Assembly: GCA_030704615.1 (NCBI GenBank)
Contig: CM060733.1
Coordinates: 57,102,001 to 57,166,000 of the forward strand
DNA from: Takakia lepidozioides
Lineage: Eukaryota; Plantae; Bryophyta
DNA length: 64,000 bases
Direction: 5' to 3'
The position numbers were made by a program, and so were the translations under genes. The notes beneath the pieces were generated by a model. It was given only the letters and a program-made list of their open reading frames with translations, searched no databases and had not been told where the DNA came from. Shown here piece after piece: positions 12,600 through 25,924 of the stretch. The first letter of the stretch is position 1, and each line of letters starts with the position of its first letter.

Positions 12600-14790
12600 C
12601 TAGGACCTCAAGGGCCGAATCAAAATGAATATACGCAAGAAAGGGTGGCTGACAACAGCCCGACCAACGAGTGTTGAACCGAAAAAAATGTAGCAATAGG
12701 GGCCGTCCGGGCTCCGGGGCCTCGGGGTCAGGTACGTCTCCAGTCTTGGTGCTGGAAATGATGCGGTAGAGTCCGATCACTTGGTATTCAAAGGAATGTT
12801 CCCGACGGAGTGCCAATGGTGCAGCCATACTGCCACTCAAAATTCTCCATGTGGTTAGCCCTGTACTTAACTCAAATGCGAGAAATCTATCTAAATGTAC
12901 CTAATGGTTCACTCGGTCTTTTCCTGTCCGAGTCAAAACATAAAACGTCAGGTAAAAATGAAAGAACAAAAATCCCAGAGGAGAATGACAAAGGTCCAAT
13001 TCTCCTTCTATTTGGAATACAAAGAGTCCTGACTATTTACTTACCTCCAGGCAGACGCACCATTTATATGATGAGCCCTGAGCGTGCGCGGTCAGGATGA
13101 CGGCATATTAGTCTAGGGGGGTCGTGGTAAGTTGCGGTGTAGGTTGGGCTCACTGAACTGCCTACCCAATTGCGGTTAGTGTAGGGGTACGTGTCATACA
13201 TGATGGCTATAATCACTATCTAAGTCCTACAGGCAAAAAGAAATCACGTACTCCTCTTCACATGACGAGTTTGCGTTTCTAAGTCCTATGGTATCCTACA
13301 ATCTACTCAATAACTGCCTTCCAAGTCTTTGTGTTTTATTGTCTAATTCCTACCACCTAGGCCCCCGAGCCGCCTATAGCCGGGACATGTTTTAATCCCT
13401 TCACAAGGCACCTGCCGAGCCTAGGAAGAAGAGGGAAAATCTTCCTCTCCCAATGCCCCTCCTTCACCGAGTGCTTAAGTTCAAGTCATCTCTGATGGAA
13501 GGGCCAACGCTTCCTACCCCAGTGCCTAAAATACTTTGACTTAGCAAAGGAGTGGCCAAAATACCTATCATAATCCAATAGGTTCACTAAGTTCAATAAG
13601 GTGGTTCTAAGCCCCTCAAATCAATAAGTTCAATCAGTTCAATCAACGCCCTTTAGGCTATAACGTGCACCACGTGCATCTATCCTATTCAAGCAATTTC
13701 GCAAATCAAAAATGCTATAAAATAAAAGAAATTAAAAAATCAGGGAAAATACCTCCCCTATGGGATATCATGTGGGAATCCAAAGATTCCCTTGGCGCCT
13801 AAAGATGCCCTTGGGAACCCCGTGGGAACCCAATGATAACCGAGGAACATCCGGGAACCGTTCCCTGCCACGGGGAACTGTCGCGGCCCTATGAATGAAT
13901 CTCGCTGAGAGCTCATCCCTGCCACTGCATTCGTTAGTCCACAACATGCATGCGTAAAGAATAAAATAACCACTGGTGGATCCAAGCCAGATTTCAACTT
14001 TTTACATTATTTTAAGGCGCTGGTGCGCTTTCCTTCCGTGGAAAAAGTCATCCTCTACCTTGGGCTCTGACATAAAGGTGCATTGTAGCCGAGTTTTTAG
14101 GACATAGTACTTTCTCTCCTCCCTTGTCTCTCGAGGTCTCCGCCTTTAGCTCGCTGCTCACAGACCCGCATGGCTCTCTCTTGGAGTCATAAGAACGCTC
14201 CCCTCCAAGGCTACGTCCTCCCAAAATCCTAGATTTTATCTACCACAGGCGCCTTAGATAATGGCTCCTAACCCTTAGAGGGGTATAAATTGAATCTAAT
14301 AGCTAAAGGTAATAATACCCCCCTTCAAGGGAATTTGTAGACGCATTGCCCGCTGGGTAAAACGCCCCCGCCATGTGGCGGGGCGCAGATCCGTGCGTAG
14401 CGGTCCAAGCTGTGAACCGCTGCGGTTAACGCCGGCGTTCGCCGGTCCGTCTCAGCTTTTGGTTATCCTACGGGTAAAGACCTGCCCCCTGCTCGCACGC
14501 TTCAGGGCCTCACGCCTGAGCCACGCGGCTGATGTACTTGATCTCAGTACGACTTAAGGTCAGCGCTGGGGCCCCGCTCCCCGTACGTTGTGGCTGGGCC
14601 ACGGCTGCCTCCACGCTTTTAGTAATCGAGTGCCTACTCTCTAGGCGCAGCACCCGGGCTGCTCGCGACTTCGGGGCAACTGCTGTCAAGCAAAATTAGC
14701 CCGCCCAAACCCCAAGACAAAAAAAATACAACCCACCCTCCCCTAGGCCTCCATGGCTTGCTAGTGGGGGAGGAAATTAGCACATAGTGG
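12600..14790 (-). mobile_element. Gypsy-like LTR (13069 to the gap) with adjacent internal sequence
   Basis: The LTR-like repeat starts tgatgagccc at 13069 and is homologous to 793 onward. On the minus strand it is followed by TGGTGCGTCTG (13052-13062), a PBS-like sequence. Confidence 0.45.
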
Positions 14791-15290
14791 NNNNNNNNNN
14801 NNNNNNNNNNNNNNNNNNNNNNNNNNNNNNNNNNNNNNNNNNNNNNNNNNNNNNNNNNNNNNNNNNNNNNNNNNNNNNNNNNNNNNNNNNNNNNNNNNNN
14901 NNNNNNNNNNNNNNNNNNNNNNNNNNNNNNNNNNNNNNNNNNNNNNNNNNNNNNNNNNNNNNNNNNNNNNNNNNNNNNNNNNNNNNNNNNNNNNNNNNNN
15001 NNNNNNNNNNNNNNNNNNNNNNNNNNNNNNNNNNNNNNNNNNNNNNNNNNNNNNNNNNNNNNNNNNNNNNNNNNNNNNNNNNNNNNNNNNNNNNNNNNNN
15101 NNNNNNNNNNNNNNNNNNNNNNNNNNNNNNNNNNNNNNNNNNNNNNNNNNNNNNNNNNNNNNNNNNNNNNNNNNNNNNNNNNNNNNNNNNNNNNNNNNNN
15201 NNNNNNNNNNNNNNNNNNNNNNNNNNNNNNNNNNNNNNNNNNNNNNNNNNNNNNNNNNNNNNNNNNNNNNNNNNNNNNNNNNNNNNNNNN
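14791..15290. other. Assembly gap (500 N)
   Basis: Run of n. Confidence 1.
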
Positions 15291-16506
15291 TGCTCGGGGG
15301 TCGACCATGGCTTTTCATCTTAACGTGCTCTTGAATCATGCTTGATGCATTTTTTCACGCCTCTCGTATTCCTCGCCCTTGGCACAATGGATGGTTATTA
15401 ACCCAACGTGAACTGCAACACGTGTATAATGTTGGAAAGGGAACTTGTGACATATACATTCTTGCCCCACAATGCGCCTCCAGAAAGTCTGCTTTGCGAA
15501 ACTACACTTGAACTGTTGAATGGAACTTGGGCGCCTGCAATGAACACTTGTCCTGATTGCCTCCCAATAGCGGTCATTCCGTTCTCCTTCTTTCTTGAGA
15601 GGGGCACGTGCATGCTGCTTAGACATAGCTTTTCCAACACAAAGAACCTTACTACATTTCACATGACTCTGGAACACCAAGACATATTGTAGGTTTGGTC
15701 TTGCACACAAGGTGACCATCAAACTTGTGGTCCATGCCTTGGAGGGACTGTGAACCACGGTCCGTACGTAGTTTTACCACGGGGGGGAGTTTAGTGGATC
15801 ACTTTTTTTCCATCAAAAGCTCGAGGAAGACAACCGAACCGATGCACTGGAATGTGACTATAGTCCAATGTAGAAAGCTCTCCTTTTGATCCATTCCTCC
15901 GAGCGTGGCCAAGATACTCAAAATGGACACCACCATAAGGAAATGCAGTGTAGCCCTCCTCTGCTAGTCGTGGAGATGAAGATAAACCCCTCGCAGTTTC
16001 CGCAACAATCAGACAGTGTGAGTTGTCCATGGAGTTTTTCCGAGGGCTTCATGTCGTGAAGCAAGACCGTATGAGCAGATGAGGAAGGTTGAGATCCACA
16101 AAATACACTCTTAGAAACCTCACACAATCGAATTATGAGACCCCAAGCTCGCCAATCTGCAACCTCCTCCTTTCAATTACACTCCATTTGTTGCACTTGA
16201 CGTTTTTTCTTGCAATAAAGTGTGCCTCTCATCATGATTGTGTTATAGCTCGTACCTGTGACACGGTACTTGGAGAAAGTGTCTGGAAACAACTCCCATT
16301 GCTTTTGGCGCGTCATTGAAAACTGGAAGCAACACTGTGGAGGCATCATCATCTCCATCATCCTCCAAAAAAACTGAACCCGGAACCAGTTTGAATCTAT
16401 TGCATAACCAAGGTTCTGGGATAATGCACTTGTTTCCATTGCAAGGATAACGAACCCCTTTTGCATCAGGTGGACATGAAAGCAATGCATATTTTGGTGT
16501 AGACAT
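15291..16506 (-). pseudogene. 5' half of the MULE-like transposase (copy 1), many frameshifts
   Basis: Homologous to 57420-58547. It retains ~100 nt (ELSTLDYSHIPVHRFGCLPRAFDGK, ~15788-15883) that copy 2 lacks. Confidence 0.8.
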
Positions 16507-17550
16507 TTGGCAATGCCTCAAAGTTTGAGAGAAGATGCAAAATGAATGAAGCGCACATCTTGCAAGACCTTTGCAAATACATTAAATGGCTCACATTACT
16601 TATGTGTATCATAATCCAGAATGTCCAAATTTTTTGAGGCATGTGCTCCATCCATATTATTTCTCCTGACAGAAACAACTAAATGGACTATCCCCTATTT
16701 TTTAAGACGACGGCGCCGTTGTTAATATCTTAGAATCCAATGTACTGCCTTCCTCAATGAGCATATGAAACATAAATGCTCTGCATGTTTCCATTTATTT
16801 TACAAACAATCGTTGATTAATCGTCAACTATGAACTGACACACTAGACGGCACAATTATTTACAATCAAATCCCATGACATGTATGTTGATTTGTTCTTT
16901 GATTACTCATGTATGAGTAATGAGTACAGTATTTGTGGCGACATTGACTCTAAAACCAATAAATTGATTAAGACACCCTTAACAAAATATTTAGTTACTT
17001 TATCACTCTTTATATTGTATTATGAAGGCGCCGCCACAAAGTACATGTCAATCGTACAACCATCTTCTGAGGATCCACGTGTAACCCATGTAGTCTAGAA
17101 AGCATTAACGCCAGAGTATATAAAAAGGTTCCATTTTCAATTTCAGATTTGCCTTTTTAAGGCCTTCGCCTTCGCCCAGCCCCCTTTCCCCCCGCTCTCC
17201 TTGGCGGGGGCAGGTTTGAACCCGCAACCTAGTGGAAAATACACCACAACTTTAACCAACAAACCATGCTCTATTCAATGAAACAACCTCTATTTTTTTG
17301 TTAATAAACTGTTTCTATTCAGTTAAACTTGTTGCCATTACTACATGACTACCCGGTCATTACTACACTAACGTAGTCTAGTATACTTGCACATTATCCC
17401 TTGCCACTCCCCCAAACAAACACACACAAACTACACAAGCACTTAACACGTCTCTAGTCTCTACACCCTACTCCCGTTGCGAAGAGGAGACGGAGGCGCG
17501 CATCTCGGCCTTATACTATACCACCTCGAGGCAACGAGTTGTTTGCGGCG

Positions 17551-20500
17551 ATGGGGAGGAAGAAGGATTCCCGAGAGGGAGGCGTTGCTGGTGGTGGTGG
17601 TGGTAGAGGCAAGCTGCGGACGGAGAAGGTAAGCTATAGTTTTTGTTTTTTTTTCATGACCTGCACTTAGGCATATACGCCATCGCATAAGCCCCACCAA
17701 GCTGCTCCTAATCTAGCACCTCCGCCGGCAACAGATGCCTAAGTCACTTCAACAACTCTCACAATTTGCGAATCTCCACACATATACACAACCGTCTCCG
17801 CCGGCGGAGACAGCTCATTCCCCTTGGTTTTTTTCTGATGCTTGGAAGGGCTGGGTTGCCACCTCCCCTCCGCCGGCGCATACCGTTGGAGCTGGGATGC
17901 TCACATGTTTCAGGAAGTGCTCCTCTACTCCCATCCCGTTTATTTTTTTTGCATGCTCATACATTGCTGATGCTCCGAGCGGGTTGGGCTGGCGTATCCG
18001 CCGGCGCGCATACCTGTGCAGCAGGGCTGCTCAAATGTTTCAGGAAGTTCTCCTCTTTTCCATCTCCTTTTTTTTTTCGCATGCTCAAAAGTTGCTGATG
18101 CTCCGAGTGGGCTGCGCTTTCATATCCGCCGGCGCATACCCATTGAGTACATTCTTTTTTGCTCAGTTCATAGGTTTCAGGAACCCCCTGCGGCTTGGAG
18201 CTTGGTTTTTTTTTGCATCTCCCTGTGTTTACGGAAGCTCCAAAGCGCCAAGACTGCCACCTCTGTCAACGCAGACCCGTGCAGCAGGGCTGCTCACATA
18301 TTTCAGAAGTTCTCCCCCCCCCCCCCCCCTTCCATCTCTTTTGTTTCTCCGCATTCTCATAAGTTGTTGATGCTCCGAGCGGGCTGGGCTGCCATATCCG
18401 CCGGCGCATACCCATTGAGCACAATCTTTTTTGCTTAGCTCCTAGGTTTCAAGAACCTCATGCAAGCATCTCCGCCGACAGAGATGCTTGGAGCTTGGTT
18501 TTTGTTGTATATTCCTTGTGTTACGTAAGCTCCAAAGTGTCGAGGCTACCACATCCGTCGGCGCAGCGCTTGGGGAACCTTCCCTATTTTGTTGATCACA
18601 GTATTCAAGTATCTCAAGCTTCTACGTTGCCACCTCCACAACTCCACAATTCCACATGCTTCCATAGGCCTAGTTTGATCTTTCAAGGTGCTCCTATATG
18701 TTTGGCTACAACCTCCCTTCCATGGTATGCGCCGGCGCATATGCTTGGAGCTCCTTGAGCAAAAATTTCTTCAAGGGCCTCAAATCTGTCAATTTTGAGT
18801 TGGTTGCACATATGTGTCATATACGACGCCCGCGTAGGTGGTCGGAGGTCCTCTGTCGGGATGCTCAGGCCTGTATTCTGCTCCAAGTTGTAAGCTTTGA
18901 AAGACAAGGATATTCATGGAATTAGTTGACTATCCAAATTCATTTGTTTTCTTCATGCAACCATGATACTGGAGTGCTCTTTTTACATTTATACATTCAT
19001 TCACACATGTGCTGTTCTCAAACACTAACATCTTGAACTGTTTTGGTCTATGGAATTAGGAAATTACTACTACAACTGAAGCTGTGGAGGCCGGGACGCT
19101 TGCATCATTATTGACGACATTGATGCAGGAATGGGGGGCAGATGAGTATGAAGAGGATACAACATCTAGTGATCCTCTTTCTCTAGATGCCAAACAGGCA
19201 ATTATTCTGGAAAAGAAACAAGATCTGAATGTAACTTTCAGGTCCCTCCTCATTGAGGATGGAGTTATGGACATTCCATTGTGTCGCATGATTTCTATGC
19301 AGGTTGTTAGGCCGCCCTTGCCAACACATCCTAAAGCTTAGAGGAGACTTCTATTATGGATACCATCCAGGAGCAGCCGTGTTCTATGTTTCTGTTGAGG
19401 GGATTGATGGATCTACTATAGATGTAGGTCCTGATATCATCTCTACATGGGATAGTCATTGGAAAACAGTCAATGATGAGTTTGAGAAGTATCTTGAGTC
19501 CAAGCCAAAGTTGCATCATCTTCGGGGGAAAATGTTTCATGTCTGGGATGGGAATCATAGGCTTCAAGCATGGTATCCCTATATCAATGAAGTTCATGGG
19601 GCCAACTTGTCAAGACATGTCTGTGTGACAAGTTGGGTGCTCAATGCGGACATTGAAAATCGTGGTTCCCTCAGGTCCATCATGGATGGAGTGAATGTGT
19701 GAGTTTCCTTTCTATTCTTCATTTACTTTCATGTTCAATGTTGTCATGTTCTTGCTCAATGGATGTACATATACACATCTTCTTTCTAATGATCATATTT
19801 TATATGTAAAGGGCAACAGAGAGGGCACATGTTACATCCAAATTTGTGCACTTGGTTTGCAAGGTCAATATGATTGGCCTTACACCTGTCTCTGAATGGA
19901 AGAATGTATTGAGGAAAGAGTAATACGACGAATGCATCAAGAAAGCAGGAAATACTTGGTATAACTTGACAGTCCATGCAATGACAGAGATTTTGTACAA
20001 GGTAACATCATGTCTTAACCAAGTTTCATTCTTTACATCCATAGACAAGATTCACCTCTGGTTCATGTTATGAACTGTTTTGGTTCTTTTGGCAGCATGA
20101 TATCGTTGAGGCCCAACGCATGGCGGGGGAAGCTTACAAACTTGCTGAGGGACCAAAGAGTCAAGAGGGCCTTGAAGATACAATGAGACAGGCTGGATTG
20201 AAAGCAAGGGAGCAACACAAGAGTCAGCTTGTGAAGTTGCTTCCTATTGCTGATCCAACCCTTGGAGAGGGGTTTCTCCAAGAACTTAAACTGCATTGGT
20301 CACGTGTAAAGGCAGGATCAGAGGAAATGACCCAAGAGAAAATGGTGAACATTGCTACCGCCCGGGTGGATCCTGAAGAAAAGGTGGAATGGCTACATAT
20401 ATGGAATGGAGACCAAACACTTCACAACCGTAATTTTTTTCCACCCGGGCCTATCAGTGGGCCAACACTTGATCCTTGGCTGAATAGAAGGACTTTTTGG

Positions 20501-23301
20501 TGGCAGGTACATATACAATCATTATCTTCTCAATGCAATTAATTCATTTTGTTGATGACACATTAACATAGTTATTTAACTGACTGTATTTTCTGGCAGC
20601 TTCGCAAGGTTGCCTTGGCTCAGTTTGCCTTGTACACCACTCAGCTTGGCCAATTTCATGTTGCCTTGGAGGAAGGAGAGAGTGAGAGTCTGGGAGAATA
20701 CATGGATACATGGAAGATGACTCATTTCAATGAGTTGTTTCATAGAGAGTTCTCATTGCCAAAGGGGCCATTCAGAGGCAATGATTGGGAACAACAAACA
20801 GGTGGGGAGAAGGTGGTGAGACGGATTTTATTCAAGTACCATCTTTCCATTGCATTGTACATGGATAGTGTATATACCTTGTAAGTCAAAAATGTCTATG
20901 CTTCAAGTATTTTTCTAGTACATTGGGAAATACATGTTTCTTAATGTGCTTGTTCAATTGTTGAACAGGTTGCATAAATATTTGTCTCCACAATAACTTT
21001 GAATGTGTTTGTATTTTAGGTACATGAGATTTGTGCTTGTACCGAGTGATCGACTTAAGGCTGAGCCCAAGTTTCTGATGGCCTGGAAGTTTGGTGCTCA
21101 ACAAGCTTCCATGTACACACCTGCAATTGAGGAAGATTAGGGTGTGGAACACCGGGAAGGGGGGGGGTTGGTATTTGGATATGCCCAAGGGTACTATCCC
21201 CTATGCAGAAATGGGACTTCATAAGGAATGTGTTCGCAGGCAGTCAGTGAGTGATGAAGGGGTCCTTGTTCTTGATCTAGAGCAAGCAGAACAGATTGCT
21301 ACACAGGCCGCTGACACTATAGCCCAAGTGGTCCCTGCCGTTGTGGGTGTACCAAAACGCAAATCACGAAAAAGAAAAGGTGCGGATGTCAATGCAGGTG
21401 TGGCTTCTATTGCTGGTCCTATTGGTAGTTCTTCACATCCTTCAAATCAGTTGGTTGTAGTGCCTGCACCTGCTACTCGAGGAAACAAGCCAAAGGCAGA
21501 CGAACATCCTTACAGTGCAGTGTCATTTTCTGGTGGTGCACCTAGCATGTATCGCATGAAGATCATGCCTACTCATTTCATTGATATGGTGGAGGTCTCA
21601 AGTACATCTCCTGATGCGACCTTGAAAGAGCTCATGGAATTCTTAAAAAATGTGAGTTTCCCCCAACAAACAAACTTGAATGTAAGGAATTCTTCAATGT
21701 TTTTATATCGTCATCTCCGGCTATTGACTCCTACATTTTCTGTATGTTGTTTGCAGTTGCCAGGAACTTGGTCTAGTGTTGTGGATGGAAAAAGCGTGCT
21801 TGTGGCTGTGGACATGATCATCGTGGACTACCCGACAGAAATGCCTGTACAGGGCTGTTTGGATGGTGTACAGGTTCCTCCCTGGAATGCTTTTGATAAA
21901 CGGTATTGGGAGTATGCATTCTCCATTGCTAATGACCTGTTGGATGACAATGGATGCGTGGTGTTCTTGCAGGGCTCCGATGATTCCTTTGCATTGGAGC
22001 TCTTTTCTTACTCCAGGGGCAGCTCTATTTCCGTATTATCAAGGAAATATACTTGCATCAATACCACCCCTCTACACACTCAGACAAGAAAGGTAAAAAT
22101 CATCCCTCTTCAATATCTCATTGTTTGATGTTTTATCTTCCTACTCTCATACATATTATTAAACCATCCGGGTGCACTGTTTTTGTGGAAATGGCACGTC
22201 TAACAGACCATGTTCTTCCACGCCCATGTCCTCACCAAGCAAGGAGGACTATTCAAACTGCGTGAGTCTGGCAAAGTTGTGGACCCCCTTGCAGACCCTG
22301 TTGAGTTGGATGCCAAATACAACCACATTCCAGATGTTGCACTACCCATGTAAACTCCTCAACAAGCCTGGAGGGGTGCGCGAGACCGTAGTCCCGCCTT
22401 CATGCAAGTGTTGTTGGAGACATGCTCACTTCCTGGTTCCCGCATTTTGGATCTCACAGCTGGCACATGTTTGCATTGGTCTCCATTTTGTAATTAAAAT
22501 CTTCTGAGCTAATTCATGATCATTAACTGCTATCCGATATAATATCATCATTGCATGTTTTTTTCCTACAGGTTCTACATTTATTGCTGCCCGCAAGTCT
22601 GGACGTCACGTATTTGGTCTTGAGGGGGACCAGACGTTGTATGCAGCACGTCTCTCTGCACTTCAAAATACTCAACCCGTTTTGGTTTCATCTGTGGGAA
22701 CTCCAACCATTCAACGTCCTGTGAGTTTGTTGGAACCCCCCGCTCCTAAGGTGGCGCGCAAGCTTGGTCTTCATCTTGGCAGTACTTCCTAGTGAGTATG
22801 TCTCGCCTCCATTCCCTTTGTTGCAATCTCTATATTATTTGCAAAGCAAACCATTCCCATTTGATTTGTTAACATAAGTATACATGTATGTGTGATGTAG
22901 TGATGGGATTGTGCGGACCATCTACGATAGTCTACCCCAAAGTCCTCTTTCATCGTTTTATCTACCTTCGTATGCCGAGTCCCAAGCTTTGCATTCAATA
23001 CATCAACAACGTGATGTAGGTCTTTCCAATGATGTGTTGTTTGACCGAAGAGCAGCTATTGTTGGACAATCCGTGGATAGGTTGCGTAGAGTTGAGGCTT
23101 TCATGGATGTGTATGCCTCTGAATCACAGGCTTATGACACGGATGATGAAGTATCAGCTGATGATGTTATGAAGGTAATTAGAAATTACATATACAGTAC
23201 ATTGTCCTCATTGTCAGTCCGAATTTTTGGTTATGTTTTATGATACATGTATTTCTCTCTAGCGTAAGGTAAAACAAATGGGGCAAATGACATGGTGTTG
23301 A
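17551..23301 (+). pseudogene. ParB/Srx-like domain + beta-class N6A/N4C DNA methyltransferase-fold fusion gene (copy 1; all exons present, disrupted)
   Basis: Predicted GT-AG exons: 17551-17628, 19060-19698, 19812-20001, 20096-20506, 20600-20880, 21020-21651, 21757-22092, 22207-22468, 22572-22791, 22901-23174, 23263-23301 (the last two less certain). Motifs: HVWDGNHRLQA (19547), VDMIIVDYPT (21826), GARDRSPAFMQVLLETCSLPGSRILDLTAGT/STFIAARKSGRHVFGLEGD (22370-22630). Stops at 19921, 21138 and 22351, plus frameshifts. Confidence 0.8.
17720..18745. repeat. Imperfect intronic repeats centred on CCGCCGGCGCATACC (copy 1)
   Basis: Motif near 17722, 17797, 17870, 17998, 18126, 18397 and 18728. Several copies sit within a longer unit, gatgctccgagYgggYtg.gct...tatccgccggcgcatacc. 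Confidence 0.8.
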
Positions 23302-24606
23302 AATCAGATTTCATGTTATCTTCCTGTCATTTGATTTATCTATGTAATAGTTTGTACATAGATCTCTACTGCATTTCATAGATCCCTTTACCTGAATGCA
23401 AGTTCGACATGCACTTCAGCACTATCAAATTTCATCATTAGTAAGATCAACCCTTATGAGTATTGTGGCATCTTATGTACACACACGGTGACTATCTTTA
23501 TCTCATTAGTGTTTCATTTCATTAGTGTTTCAAGTCTGAATGGGTAGTGTAGTGGTATGAACTAGGCTTGATACCTGATAGGTTGTGGGTTCTATCTCTG
23601 ATGGACATTATGTTTTTGTAAAATAAAAATGTTTCAGAAGATAGATATATAGATACTGCAAAACCTATGTAACAAGATTAAATGGGTGGTGGTTTGGTAA
23701 GGATTATGTTTTTTAAGTTATGAGATTGCGGGTTCGATTACCAATCAATAGTCTTTTTTGTAAAATTGAATTCCCTTGCGGGCCATCACCATTTACTACC
23801 CAAATGCGCAGGCGGACCATCTCCATCACATTGTCAAGCTCCCTAGCATTCCCTTAGCATTGCTCCATTCTGAACTTCAAACTAGACTCCCACCATTGGA
23901 AGAGCCCGTACCTTCACCATTTGTATCTAACAAGGAGCCGTGCCTCGTCACTTTTTAATTTTTTTGACCGTTTTTCTCATGTTGGAAAGCCATAAAAGCA
24001 ACATGTTCCTCTCCCATTCCTACACTCACCCATGTGGAATAATAATACAATGATATGGAATATTCTATATAGAATATTCTTATTCCATCCTTTGATATTT
24101 TGACTATGGACCCTAAGATTAGATGAATCACAATTGTTTTTTTTTTTTGGGTACCCTTATTTAAGTGTTGTGCATATAAAATTGTTCCTATGCATATCTA
24201 AAATTTGTATGCACGCATACATTCCTCCATATGCATGCATTTGTGTGCGCATATAGTATAGGCTACCTCTCCAAAGCCACACCACGAGAAACAAAGAAAC
24301 ATGTCTAAGTTTAAGATGCCGAACAAACTTGTGCACAGGGCTGCCCCTCTCGTCAAGCTCATTAAAATTTGTATTAACTTCCATCTTCAAGCTTTGGAGA
24401 AGCTCCACCACCCAAACCCATAATTAGGACAGCACTCTGATTTCCATCCACTATCAGCAGAATCAGTCAAAAATCACCCCTTCAATCAAGTGCAATTGTG
24501 GGCTCACTTCCCACCTATGCCGGGTAGACCCCACTATCAGGAAATGGTGGATGGTCTGAGTAGATACACAGATCAATGAATGAAGCGAGACACTTGCATC
24601 TTGCAC

Positions 24607-24954
24607 TCAACAGTACATGATGGTCAGTACTCTCAGGAAATGGTGGATGGTCTGAGTAGCTACACAGATCAATGAATGAATGCTCCCACATTTTGCATAC
24701 ATGTCCACGAGGGCATTGTTCAGAATCACATCTGGTACAATTCCAGCTTTGGCGATGCAACCATGCACCTCTTTGCCCTTTTCCAGGGCTGCCAGGCTTG
24801 CACATGCACTGCAAACGCACACAAACGTGATGTGGTCGGGCTTCCCCCCTTTCCCCATCATTTGCTCATAGGTCTCCAAGGCCTCCATCCCGCACCCCTG
24901 TTGTGCATATCCTGCAAGCATGGCATTCCAACACAACAAATCTCGTTCAGCCAT
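24607..24954 (-). pseudogene. PLS-class PPR fragment
   Basis: RDLLCWNAMLAGYAQQG...PDHITFVCVCSACASLAALEKGKEVH...NALVDMYAKCGS. Confidence 0.85.
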
Positions 24955-25329
24955 ATTGTTCCCAGCTCAAAATGTATAGTCAACAACAGTTCTCTACAAC
25001 TGTTGGCCAGGCTATCCACTTGATAGCAAAGTTCCTCCCACCCAGCACCAAAGGCAGTCATGGGATTTCCACAGACAAAGATATGAAATTCAGCCTGGAA
25101 CTTCCAGAGCTAACATTCAACAAGAGAGTGGTGATAGCATGCAACATGCAGCGCTATACCTGAAAGCACTAACTGTTAAAGATTTACACATCCGTCATAA
25201 TTCATGACTTCTCAAACTCTGAATTAGGGGAGAAACAGTCAAGAAAGGGAAAGTATGGCACCTGGTTATGAACCATGTAAAGGAGGAAGGGCATACAAGA
25301 GCCAGCCCCGTACTTGCATGTGGCAGATA

Positions 25330-25600
25330 TGCATTGGCATGTCATTGCACTCCATAAGACCACGTCTCGCTTAGCCATATTGTTGAACACTAGACAGGCC
25401 TCCCTTACACTCCCACATTTCGCATACATGTCTGCAACAAAGGCAGTCTCCATATTAATATATGACGGAATTCCAGCTTTGATAATGTCAGCATGGATCT
25501 CTTTGCCCTTCTCCAGGGCCACCATGCTGGCACAAGCATTGAGAACACAAATGAATATATGACCCTGTCGGGCATCCATGTGCTGGATTTGCTCCAGATA
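25330..25600 (-). pseudogene. PLS-class PPR fragment
   Basis: FICVLNACASMVALEKGKEIHADIIKAG...DMYAKCGSVREACLVFNNMAKRDVVLWSAM. Confidence 0.8.
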
Positions 25601-25924
25601 TATTGGTCTTGTTCTTTTGCCAACGCTCTGCAAAGCAGAGCATGGCGTCATATGCAATCACAGCAGCTGTTTCATCAATTGGTTGTGGTGATTGTAGCGC
25701 CTCGTTGCTCTAGGCGTGGTCGTTGTTCCTCATCGTGTAGAGCCCAATGGAGCCCAAAACAACTTGCATGAATGTTGTTGAAAGCTCACTAGCACCCCTC
25801 AGTAAAGGACCTTGTCAAAATGTTGATGCTGTCGGATTTTCGAGCAGAAACCTCTACCTTGGAGGACGGAGCAGAGCTGGCATGAGTTTTTTAAAGTTCC
25901 TTCCAGGGAGGGGGGGGGGGGGGG

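Larger units (their letters stand above)
15291..23301. mobile_element. Copy 1 of the MULE-like transposase + ParB-methyltransferase element (termini unresolved; left part lost in the gap)
   Basis: 15291-22010 aligns at high identity with 57420-64000. Confidence 0.8.

Noticed and set aside
14634-15339. Long ORFs spanning the N run
   Set aside because: Artefacts of translating the assembly gap.
17735-18440. Overlapping ORFs of 110-211 aa (and 59798-60674)
   Set aside because: They lie in the repeat-rich first intron, their frames differ between copies, and no domain is recognisable.
17551-23301. Bacterial contamination as the source of the ParB-methyltransferase gene
   Set aside because: It has ten GT-AG introns with consistent phases and is contiguous with plant PPR and Copia sequence.
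23300-24160. Terminal inverted repeats of the MULE-like element
   Set aside because: No convincing inverted match to 53250-55690 could be seen by eye, so the termini remain undefined.
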